This document shows, in pieces, positions 30,261 through 38,967 of a stretch of 64,000 bases of DNA. A model generated the notes under the pieces. The model did no database searches and was not told where the DNA came from. It saw nothing but the letters and a program-made list of their open reading frames with translations. The stretch spans positions 64,001 through 128,000 of the forward strand of contig JBMNIW010000004.1 in NCBI GenBank assembly GCA_050951325.1, read 5' to 3'. Origin of the DNA: Clostridia bacterium. Lineage in GTDB: Bacteria > Bacillota > Clostridia > UBA1212 > DUPL01. A program made the position numbers and the translations under genes. Numbering within the stretch: position 1 is the stretch's first letter; each line of letters opens with the position of its first letter.

Positions 30261-30968
30261 CTAAATATGGAACTTCTTCCTCATTTCATCCTTTACCCTC
30301 TTTTTCCTTTCAACTACAAGCATAACCAAAGATACAAGGACAAGAGGCACGAACACTATCAGTGACCACTGAAGTTGAACATTGTCGTCCATATACATGT
30401 CTGTAACAATTTCAATAACCACCACCATGAGAGCAGTAAAGCTGAAGAAAAACGCCATCATTTTCAATACCCCAAACACCACATACTTTGCAGCCAGTAT
30501 AATGATTAGTATGAAAAACGATGCACAGATAACAATCGGCAGCGCAAGAGACATAAACCATCCCTTTACCGGCACTATTTTCTCTATAAGCCAGAGGCCT
30601 AAACTCAGCGAAATTGTTCCTATTAAAAGGGATATTACATCTCTGTGCTTCCTCACCACAATAGGCGGCAGTACAAATGACCATAGAACACCCATTGCAA
30701 TTGCCACATACAAGGACCAGGTTGCCTTTTCACTGATGACGTAATCGACAATCACACAGGTTAAAGCAGGAAGAAAAGACAAAATGGTCGCAAGAAGGGC
30801 AGTCATCATCCTGTTTTCTGCCGGCAGGACGATATCATATCTTCTTGGGTAAGCCCTCTCCGCATTCTCATTGTAAGGCTTTCTGGGATTGACAACCTTC
30901 GTGTCACATAATGGACAATGGCTTTCTGATTCTCTTAATTCAACACCACAATTGACACAGTATGACAT
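30261..30968 (-). CDS. Zinc-ribbon membrane protein (DUF6320-like)
   Basis: YCVNCG..CPLC, six TM helices, C-terminal KKFHI. Confidence 0.75.
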   Translation of the reverse strand: MSYCVNCGVELRESESHCPLCDTKVVNPRKPYNENAERAYPRRYDIVLPAENRMMTALLATILSFLPALTCVIVDYVISEKATWSLYVAIAMGVLWSFVLPPIVVRKHRDVISLLIGTISLSLGLWLIEKIVPVKGWFMSLALPIVICASFFILIIILAAKYVVFGVLKMMAFFFSFTALMVVVIEIVTDMYMDDNVQLQWSLIVFVPLVLVSLVMLVVERKKRVKDEMRKKFHI

Positions 30969-30970
30969 GT

Positions 30971-32245
30971 TTATTCACCCTCATAATTTTTATTGCTTTC
31001 AATTTTTACAGGTATGCCCATTTTGACAAGAGAGGTAAAAAAGTCCCTCTCCACATCACTGTCAATCAGCTTGCTGGTAAATGTAATGTTCAACTTATCT
31101 TTGAACCCCACTGCAGAAACAGCATGGGCATTGTTTCTCTGCCTGTTAAGTATGAAGTCAAACCTTTCCACATAAGGCATCATTTCATCGGGAAGGTTCA
31201 TCTTTCCGATGTTGCTGAAAGTACATGTGGTAAGGGATTCTCCATACATTCTGTAGGCCATAAGCATTCCAAAATTCTTTATAAACAAAGGCAGAATCTT
31301 CAAGAAAGGATTCCTTTCGCTTGAAATGTTTGTACTCATCATTGCATTCATGTTCTTCTCATTTATGTTTAATCCCATGAAATGATGCACCTGCGTTACT
31401 ATCTCCTCAAAGGTATAGTTTCCGTAGGCCGGATCCACCCCGGGATTCGCATACAATACAAAATTTCTAAATGTCTTGCTTGGATAAAAAGCTCTTAAGT
31501 TCACAGGAATGCATATCTTTACAGGTTTCTTTTTTCTTGCACCTTCCCTTTCCTGCCTGTCCAAAAAGCATTTAATAAGCAATGCACACAAAAACTCTGT
31601 TATTGTAACCTTGTACTCTTTTGTCTTTTCGGAAAGCTTTCTAAGATTTATCTGTCCCGTAATTATCTTTATCTCGTTGTACTTAAGCTCGACACCTTTA
31701 GGATGATATGCTTTCCTTTCCTTCCTCGGCTTGTTTACCCTGAAGGAAGCATATTTTTGATATGAATCCTCCATTTCATCATCCGAAGGCTTCTCATTTA
31801 TATCCAGAACTCCATGAGCATTTGGTATTTCAACTCCGCCCAATTTGAGATAATTGGCAGCAAGAGTTTTAAGAAACAGCATGGAGCTGTTTCCATCCGC
31901 AATAACATGGAACATCTCAACTGCTATTCGTCTTTCATAATATCTGACCCTGAACAGAAAGCGGTTCTTGTTCGTTCTAAACCTTCTTAAAGGATTTGCA
32001 GAATCCTCTGAGACCTGAGGGCAGCCCTCCCTGTGCTCCAGGTAGTACCAGAAAAGTCCCTTTTTCATGGCAAGGGAGAAATTGGGAAACCTGGGCAGCG
32101 TCATCTCAAGAGCTTTCTGCAGCCTGTCAGGATCAATTTCCTCATTCAGGGTAATTGATACTCTGAAATTGTTGGACCACATTGAATTTTTTGTAACAGG
32201 AAAAATTTTTGCAGCGTTATCAAGTCTATACCATTTCTTCTCCAT
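30971..32245 (-). CDS. Alcohol acetyltransferase / condensation-domain protein
   Basis: WYRLDNAAKIF, HxxxDG (FHVIADG), PVNLR and FSNIG motifs. Confidence 0.85.
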   Translation of the reverse strand: MEKKWYRLDNAAKIFPVTKNSMWSNNFRVSITLNEEIDPDRLQKALEMTLPRFPNFSLAMKKGLFWYYLEHREGCPQVSEDSANPLRRFRTNKNRFLFRVRYYERRIAVEMFHVIADGNSSMLFLKTLAANYLKLGGVEIPNAHGVLDINEKPSDDEMEDSYQKYASFRVNKPRKERKAYHPKGVELKYNEIKIITGQINLRKLSEKTKEYKVTITEFLCALLIKCFLDRQEREGARKKKPVKICIPVNLRAFYPSKTFRNFVLYANPGVDPAYGNYTFEEIVTQVHHFMGLNINEKNMNAMMSTNISSERNPFLKILPLFIKNFGMLMAYRMYGESLTTCTFSNIGKMNLPDEMMPYVERFDFILNRQRNNAHAVSAVGFKDKLNITFTSKLIDSDVERDFFTSLVKMGIPVKIESNKNYEGE

Positions 32246-33122
32246 CGGACAACCCTTCCATAAACTCCTTGATTTCATTCAATGCTTCTATTGATTCGGG
32301 CACTTCAAAACCGTGCCATACATGCCACATTCCCTCAAATATGCTGAGCTTTGCTTCCACATTCGCCTCTTTAAGCCTTTCATACAAAATTTTCGAATCA
32401 TCAAGCAGCACTTCATCGGAACCTACATGAACAAGAACAGGACAGAATCCTGTAAAATCACCATATACGGGTGATATGTATGGATTTTTCAAGTACTCTC
32501 CATGACTGTACTTGAGCGCTGCAATTCTGAGCTCGTCGCTGGAAAGAATCGGGTCTTTTTTATCCAAGGTTTTGTGGGATTCATTCGTTATGGTTAGATC
32601 CGCCCAGGCGGACAATGTAACCATGCCTATAGGGAGTTCCATGTTGTTATCCTTTAGATAAAGCCCAAGAGCAAGGGCAAGACCCCCTCCTGCGCTTTCT
32701 CCCACAACCACAATGTTTTTAGGATTATAATCTTTTGTCAAATGCTTCCACACCTTCACCGCATCTTCAAGAGCTCTGGGAAAGGGGTTTTCAGGAGCGA
32801 GTCCGTACTCAAAAGTTAAAACACGGCTTTCAGTAACCTGGCATAGGAGACCTGCAACAGGTCTTGAGCTTATAATCGAACCGCTCAAATACGCCCCTCC
32901 GTGTACAAATAAAATGATTTTAGCGGAGTTCTCCTCCTTGGGAATAATCCATTCAGCTTGACACGGGAAATCCGGAGCCGGAGATAGTCCTACTTCCTTT
33001 GGCACACCTTTTATAACTCCCAAAAGATTGTGTCCTTTTCTCCTCTTGTTCAAGCCAAGGCTGTTTATTATTGGTTTTACAGCTTTCATGCCTATTCCTA
33101 AAAATTTTCCTGATTTGCTCAC
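32226..33122 (-). CDS. HSL-family alpha/beta hydrolase (esterase)
   Basis: HGGAY, LAPENPFP, GESAGG and GMWHVW motifs. Confidence 0.92.
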   Translation of the reverse strand: MSKSGKFLGIGMKAVKPIINSLGLNKRRKGHNLLGVIKGVPKEVGLSPAPDFPCQAEWIIPKEENSAKIILFVHGGAYLSGSIISSRPVAGLLCQVTESRVLTFEYGLAPENPFPRALEDAVKVWKHLTKDYNPKNIVVVGESAGGGLALALGLYLKDNNMELPIGMVTLSAWADLTITNESHKTLDKKDPILSSDELRIAALKYSHGEYLKNPYISPVYGDFTGFCPVLVHVGSDEVLLDDSKILYERLKEANVEAKLSIFEGMWHVWHGFEVPESIEALNEIKEFMEGLSDGEEMV

Positions 33123-33182
33123 TTTCTTAATCCCCTTTCAACTCCTCACTATATTATACCATACAAACTAAATTCATACATA

Positions 33183-33211
33183 TTGTATTTGCCTTAATCA
33201 GAGTATATAAT
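33183..33211 (+). promoter_or_regulatory. SigA promoter of the helicase-like gene
   Basis: TTGTAT-17-TATAAT followed by a GGAGG RBS. Confidence 0.6.
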
Positions 33212-33242
33212 GTTTATACAAATATTTTCGGAGGTATGAAAA

Positions 33243-34817
33243 ATGCTGGACAGATCTCTTCAAAACTGCGAGATTGTTTCAAATATCAATATGGAAAGAA
33301 AGGAAGACTTTGAATTTCTTTGCAACCATATTGTCCTGTGCATAAGAACCAACAACAAGCCAAACAGGCTGTATACAAACTTTGTAAACACCCATACGGG
33401 GAATATAAAGCAAAAGGAGAAGGTGGACGAAAGGGAAGCCCCATTGAGGCATGCAGGTTTCCCAGAAAAGGAAGGTCATCTTGCAAACGGACAAAGGGAT
33501 GCCATAAACAATTTGAACTTTATGAAAAGCGGAGAGTTTTTCTCTGTTAAATATGCAAATACCGATATAAAACTTTCCACCATCAAATCCATGGTGTTTA
33601 ACAACTTGATTCAATCCGCTCTGGGAAGCGGTCCTGCCCCTATCACAGTCTATGCAGGCAATGATGAAACCATAAAAGATTTACTGGCATATATGAACAT
33701 GCAGGACGAGGGAAACACGCTGTGCAAAAGATGGTTGGAAGGAATAAATACTATTGCCACATACGTAAACGACAAGTACGATGCTCGTGAATTCCAGGCG
33801 ATTACAAAAGACGGAAAAGGCTTCATTACTAAAAAGGACGAAATGGTCGCCATTGATGATATGAAGCAGAAGTTCATGTACAACTGTTTCCTGCTTTTTG
33901 ACAGGAACTTTACCGATCTGACCACATGCCGCGACCTGCTTCAGACAAGGCTTGTCCTTCTGGAGGATGCAAAGAAAAGAATAATCGAAGCTTCCCAAAA
34001 TTTGAACTTTGACAAATCACCACAGGAACTTAAACGGAAACTTGATGAAGATATTTCAAAGTTCACTGACAGGCAAAACAAGTTGAATGCCAGACTAAAT
34101 GAATGGAAGGAATATTTCAACTCTCTTCCAAAAGGACTTAAATTCCTTGTGAAGAAAAAGATTCAGGAGAAATTTGAAGGTTTCGTACAGGATGAAGAAA
34201 AAGATATCTTTTCATCCGACTCAACCTATGAAGATGTAGAAAAACATTACAATGACAAGATACAGACTGTAAAGAATGGGCTTGATGACTACAAGAAAGA
34301 CAAAAAGTATGCTTTCGATGTGTTAGATGCACTTGATGCCTTGAAAAACCTTGGAATTGACATTGAAAATAAGCTGACAAGTCTAACACTGGATGAAGTA
34401 AATGAGATTCTTGACAGCACAGTCCGCTATCATCAGGTATGGTATGCCCTCCATTATTACGAATGCAGGTGGCTTATGGGAGAATACTCCCTCAAAGACG
34501 TTTACAAGCATTTGGTTACAAAAGATGTTATAGAAAGAAGATATCGCCGTCTTTCCATGATTACACCACTTCTTGTAATGAATTTTGAGGATGTTCCCTA
34601 CAACTTCTTTGCCTATGTATCGGAGGACAAACCCATCTCCCCCATTACCGACTTCATGGATCTGTTGATTCTGGATAATGCGGATACAATTCCTGCAGGA
34701 GTTGGCGCAAATGTCTTTTTCCTTGCCAAACAGGCAGTTGTCTTTGGAAAAGAAGAAAAATTGAACGACAGCGTGTTTGACGTATCAAGCAAAAGCTGCA
34801 TTGTGAATATTGATTAG
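33243..34817 (+). CDS. Degenerate DNA2/NAM7-like (SF1) helicase-fold protein, probably inactive
   Basis: Q motif (GQRDA), HYYECRWL, TPLLV and DLLILDNA...AKQAVVFG are collinear with SF1 domain 1, but Walker A and the DE pair are lost. Confidence 0.65.
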   Translation: MLDRSLQNCEIVSNINMERKEDFEFLCNHIVLCIRTNNKPNRLYTNFVNTHTGNIKQKEKVDEREAPLRHAGFPEKEGHLANGQRDAINNLNFMKSGEFFSVKYANTDIKLSTIKSMVFNNLIQSALGSGPAPITVYAGNDETIKDLLAYMNMQDEGNTLCKRWLEGINTIATYVNDKYDAREFQAITKDGKGFITKKDEMVAIDDMKQKFMYNCFLLFDRNFTDLTTCRDLLQTRLVLLEDAKKRIIEASQNLNFDKSPQELKRKLDEDISKFTDRQNKLNARLNEWKEYFNSLPKGLKFLVKKKIQEKFEGFVQDEEKDIFSSDSTYEDVEKHYNDKIQTVKNGLDDYKKDKKYAFDVLDALDALKNLGIDIENKLTSLTLDEVNEILDSTVRYHQVWYALHYYECRWLMGEYSLKDVYKHLVTKDVIERRYRRLSMITPLLVMNFEDVPYNFFAYVSEDKPISPITDFMDLLILDNADTIPAGVGANVFFLAKQAVVFGKEEKLNDSVFDVSSKSCIVNID

Positions 34818-35641
34818 ACTACTGCAAAAGTGGCTTCATATTCTTTTAGTTTCCAGAAAATATCGTATACGCTGCTTCCAATTTTCTCAAGAGCGGCCAA
34901 ATCAATTGAATAAGGCTCGTCCTTATTCAATTGATTTACAATTAATTTTAACAGTACTGCCAATTCCTTGTGCAGTTTCTTGCCCACATACCATCTTTTA
35001 TCCACGGGAAAGGAGTATTTGTCCGCATCGATATTCCTTGCCCTCAATCTGCTCTGGACAACACATATTGCATAAAGGTCTGCAAGCAAAACGCATCCAA
35101 GATGTCTCTTTCTAATATCCACGTCAATGAATTGAATATTCTCACTTATCAATGTCTTTCTCTGGCATATCTTTTTTACCTCAGGATATTCCTTGCTCAT
35201 AAGCTCGTATGCAATCATCCGCGATGCAAATGCGTTCCAGAAAGCATAACCCATCATGGAGTCAATTTCAAACTCATCCTCCCCTATTCTATTCCTGTCA
35301 TACTCTCCCTTGTGTATTGCATACACTTTCGCAAGTTCCGAATACAGGGCAAAGGTAAAGTATTTTTCCGTTGAGTACGGTCTGTTGGTAACCAGCACAT
35401 AAGCACAGTCCTCATACACCAAAGAAACGCTCCTCAAAAATGTAGTACGCTCATTAAGTTCTTCAAGGGACAACTTGTCCTCTCCTTTAACCTGGCTTAT
35501 CTCTTTTATCCTGTCCTGTATCTGCTCATTGTGACAAAACTCCACGTATATTTCATATTTCGAAAAGTCAACATTGCAATACTCATCAAAGAACCTTTCC
35601 TTTTTGACATTCAACAGCTCAATAACTTCACGTTTGACCAT
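34814..35641 (-). CDS. Hypothetical protein, paralogue of the upstream gene
   Basis: Long ORF with RBS; shares KERF, AYVL, YSELAKVY, GYAFW, LADL and EPY.I motifs with 35663-36460. Confidence 0.75.
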   Translation of the reverse strand: MVKREVIELLNVKKERFFDEYCNVDFSKYEIYVEFCHNEQIQDRIKEISQVKGEDKLSLEELNERTTFLRSVSLVYEDCAYVLVTNRPYSTEKYFTFALYSELAKVYAIHKGEYDRNRIGEDEFEIDSMMGYAFWNAFASRMIAYELMSKEYPEVKKICQRKTLISENIQFIDVDIRKRHLGCVLLADLYAICVVQSRLRARNIDADKYSFPVDKRWYVGKKLHKELAVLLKLIVNQLNKDEPYSIDLAALEKIGSSVYDIFWKLKEYEATFAVV

Positions 35642-35662
35642 AATTCTTCACTCCCTTCATAA

Positions 35663-36460
35663 TCAAGAACCTGTCAGACCCTTGTAATCGAACATGGCAT
35701 CATCAAATTTTCTCAGCTCAACTCCAAGTTTTATTAATATCTTCTCAGAGATGATATATGGTTCTTCCTTGAGACTTTGTTCGAGCAGTATCTCATGGAT
35801 GTTGTCCGCATGCATTTTGACTCGTGCACCAAGTATAAAGGTGTCATCTATGGGAAAAGAGATATTCCTTGCACCAAGTTTCTTTCTCAACATAAGAACG
35901 GAAAACAAATCCGCCAAAGGATAAAAACCTGTAAGCTGGTTTATTCCCACATAAGGCAGTTTGGCAAAACCTGAACTTATGTATCTGATATCGGTACAAA
36001 GCTCCCTAATTCTGGAATACTCTTCTGAAAGCAGTTTGTTGGCTATAAATTTGGTGGCGTATTCAATCCAGAATCCGTACCCGATAAGGCAGTTTGCATT
36101 AAAGGAAAATTGCAGTATGTCGCTTCTTTTTACACAGCAGCTTCTTGTTACATAAATTCTCGCCATTTCAGTATACACAGCGCCGGTTACGTAAAAATCC
36201 GTCAGTTTTGGCACATCCTTTATCAATACATATGCCTTGTCCTGATATATAAGTGTGGTGGCATTTGACAGTTCGCCCTGTTCATTCAGGGACATTAATG
36301 TGAACAAGTCCCTGCCGTTCCTTTCAAATATGCCTTCTATCCTTTCAAGCAGCTTGTCCTCCCTGGCAATTTCAATATCTACCGGGTATTCCTTCAGGAT
36401 ATTGCAGGGAAACTTGGAAAGGAAGCGCTCTTTTGCACTTAGAATAGAGATGGTTTTCAT
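35663..36460 (-). CDS. Hypothetical protein, paralogue of the downstream gene
   Basis: AAGGAGG RBS before ATG 36460; shares the motifs listed for 34814-35641. Confidence 0.75.
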   Translation of the reverse strand: MKTISILSAKERFLSKFPCNILKEYPVDIEIAREDKLLERIEGIFERNGRDLFTLMSLNEQGELSNATTLIYQDKAYVLIKDVPKLTDFYVTGAVYTEMARIYVTRSCCVKRSDILQFSFNANCLIGYGFWIEYATKFIANKLLSEEYSRIRELCTDIRYISSGFAKLPYVGINQLTGFYPLADLFSVLMLRKKLGARNISFPIDDTFILGARVKMHADNIHEILLEQSLKEEPYIISEKILIKLGVELRKFDDAMFDYKGLTGS

Positions 36461-36492
36461 TCGGGGGAACCTCCTTGAGGGGGTAATATACA

Positions 36493-36549
36493 AAAAAGCT
36501 CCTCACAAAAATTAACGCAGACTTTTATTCGTTAATTCGTATAAGGAGC
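36493..36549 (-). terminator. Long intrinsic terminator hairpin
   Basis: GCTCCTTATACGAATTAACG / CGTTAATTTTTGTGAGGAGC stem of about 20 bp with G-U pairs, followed by T5. Confidence 0.75.
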
Positions 36550-36582
36550 ATTCATTACTACGTATCTATTCAGTTTAACCTT

Positions 36583-36611
36583 ATTCTAATATGTCCAATT
36601 CCATTTGTCAA
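36583..36611 (-). promoter_or_regulatory. SigA promoter just downstream of glpK
   Basis: TTGACA-17-TAGAAT. Confidence 0.7.
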
Positions 36612-36619
36612 ATATTACT

Positions 36620-38095
36620 TCATTTTTGTGTAACAAGGCCTACTGCCCATTTCCATCTGTCAATTATTTTACGTCTTTCATCCTTCGTCATTTCCGGCAC
36701 AAACTTTCTGTCTACCTTGTATTTCTGTCTTATCTCATCCTTTGATTCAAAGAACCCAACCGTAAGACCCGCAAGCAAAGCAGCACCAAAACCGGTGGAT
36801 TCCGTCATCTTCGGCCTTACAATCTCCATATTTGTTATATCTGCCTGGAACTGCATGAGGAAGTTGTTGCTTGTAGCTCCTCCGTCCACCTTGAGACTTG
36901 ATATGTCCACCTTGGCATCCTGTTTAATGACTTCAATAACATCCCTACACTGGAATGCTATGGATTCAAGAGCGGCTCTTGCAATATGATACTTGTTCGT
37001 CCCCCTGGTTATGCCAAACATGGAGCCTCTTACATCCATGTTCCAATAAGGTGCACCCAGACCTGTAAATGCAGGAACAAAAACAACGCCCAAACTGTCC
37101 TTCACCTTTAAGGCAAACTCTTCCGACTGGGCTGAACTCTCAAGTATTCCAAGTTCGTCCCTAAGCCACTGGATTACAGAACCTCCTGTAAACACGCTGC
37201 CTTCAACAGCATACTTCCTCATGACGCCCACATCCGATGCAAGAGTTGTTATCATGCCGCTGTCGCTTTGTATAAACTCATCGCCTGTATTTACCAGCAA
37301 AAAGCATCCGGTTCCATAGGTGTTCTTCATATCGCCTTTTTCAAAACAATTCTGCCCAAACAAGGAGGATTGCTGGTCTCCGCTTAAGGCTGCAATAGGT
37401 ATCGTATGGCCAAAACAAGTCGTTTCTCCAAATACATGCCCTGAAGGGCAAACCTCCGGAAGCATGCTTTTTGGAATATCAAACTCTGAAAGAAGCCTTT
37501 CATCCCACTTCATGTCCCTTATATTAAAAAGCATTGTCCTCGAGGCATTTGTACTATCTGTCATGTGCTTTTTTGTGAAATTGTACAAAAGCCAGGAATC
37601 TACAGTACCAAAAAGCAAATCTCCGTTTTTGGCCCTGTCATACGCACCTTCCACATTGTCAAGAATCCACTTAACCTTTGTGGCGGAGAAATATGCGTCA
37701 ACTATCAAACCTGTATTCTCTTTTATATAACCAAAAAGCTCCTTGCGTCTCTTAATCTCGTCACACATGGAGGCACTTCGCCTGCACTGCCATACAATGG
37801 CATTGTAGACAGGCTCTCCAGTGTATCTGTCCCAGACGATTGCAGTCTCCCTTTGGTTCGTAATGCCAATTGCACAAATTTCCGCAGCAGAAATTCCCGC
37901 CTCTTTTATAACATCATTAATTACACTGAAGGACGACTCATATACTTCCTTAGGATCATGCTCAACCCATCCCGCATTCGGATATATTTGAGTCAGCTCT
38001 TTCTGCTTCTTGTGAATCAGATTCAAGTCTCTATCAAAAAGAAGCGCCTTTGACGATGTGGTACCCTGGTCAAGACTAATGACATACTTTTTCAA
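36620..38095 (-). CDS. glpK: Glycerol kinase
   Basis: DQGTTSS, GITNQRET, VWQCRR, GDQQ, KNTYGTGCF and VDGGA motifs. Confidence 0.96.
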   Translation of the reverse strand: MKKYVISLDQGTTSSKALLFDRDLNLIHKKQKELTQIYPNAGWVEHDPKEVYESSFSVINDVIKEAGISAAEICAIGITNQRETAIVWDRYTGEPVYNAIVWQCRRSASMCDEIKRRKELFGYIKENTGLIVDAYFSATKVKWILDNVEGAYDRAKNGDLLFGTVDSWLLYNFTKKHMTDSTNASRTMLFNIRDMKWDERLLSEFDIPKSMLPEVCPSGHVFGETTCFGHTIPIAALSGDQQSSLFGQNCFEKGDMKNTYGTGCFLLVNTGDEFIQSDSGMITTLASDVGVMRKYAVEGSVFTGGSVIQWLRDELGILESSAQSEEFALKVKDSLGVVFVPAFTGLGAPYWNMDVRGSMFGITRGTNKYHIARAALESIAFQCRDVIEVIKQDAKVDISSLKVDGGATSNNFLMQFQADITNMEIVRPKMTESTGFGAALLAGLTVGFFESKDEIRQKYKVDRKFVPEMTKDERRKIIDRWKWAVGLVTQK

Positions 38096-38967
38096 CTTAC
38101 TGCCTCCTCGATAAAATCAAGAATATCCTTAAAAACCATTTCCCTGTTCAGCTCATTCAGAAGCTCGTGCCTGCAGTCTTCGTACAGTTTCACCCTTACA
38201 TCCTTGACATTTGCCTTCTTCATCCTCTCGACAAGCTTCAAAACACCTTTTCCGTTGTTTGAAACCGGATCCCTGTCCCCTGATACAAACAAATATTTTA
38301 AATCCTTGTCTAGGCTTTTTGCCCATTTTGAGCTATTTACTTCTTTCAAAACCTTGAACATCTCAAAATATGCTTTAGATGTAAAAGTAAAACCGCACAA
38401 ATCATCTTTCACATAATCCACAACTCTTTCGTGGTCTCTTGTCAGCCAGTCAAAATCCGTCCTGGTTGGCTTGAAAGCTTTGTTGTACATGCCGAAACTT
38501 AAACGAGACAGCAGTTTGCTCTCATGTTTTTCGCCTCTAAACAAAACTTCAATACCAGCAATAAATTTGGCAAGAGGAATAATTCCATTTACCCCCTGGG
38601 TTCCGCTAAAAACATATGCATCGAATTCACCTTTGTGTTTTGATGCGATGTATTCTGCAAAAAACGAACCCATGGAATGTCCAAAGCAAATGATCCTCAT
38701 GCCATTATACATTTCCCTAATACTCTTGTTTAACTCCAAAACAGCCTTCACAACATCCTCATGGCTTTTGAAATACCCCTTTTTTTCACCCACAGACCTG
38801 CCGTGTCCAGGCAGGTCTGTACCGCAAACCACATACCCATGATCATTCAAAAATGACGCAAACTCTCTGTATCGATCAAAATGTTCCGCCATGCCGTGTA
38901 TGACATGCACGACACCTTTGATATTATTCACAGGAGTAAAGATATATGTTCCGCCTACTTGATTCAT
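38092..38967 (-). CDS. Lysophospholipase/monoacylglycerol lipase-like alpha/beta hydrolase
   Basis: HGMAEH..RY, GHSMGS and RHELLNE motifs. Confidence 0.9.
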   Translation of the reverse strand: MNQVGGTYIFTPVNNIKGVVHVIHGMAEHFDRYREFASFLNDHGYVVCGTDLPGHGRSVGEKKGYFKSHEDVVKAVLELNKSIREMYNGMRIICFGHSMGSFFAEYIASKHKGEFDAYVFSGTQGVNGIIPLAKFIAGIEVLFRGEKHESKLLSRLSFGMYNKAFKPTRTDFDWLTRDHERVVDYVKDDLCGFTFTSKAYFEMFKVLKEVNSSKWAKSLDKDLKYLFVSGDRDPVSNNGKGVLKLVERMKKANVKDVRVKLYEDCRHELLNELNREMVFKDILDFIEEAVS

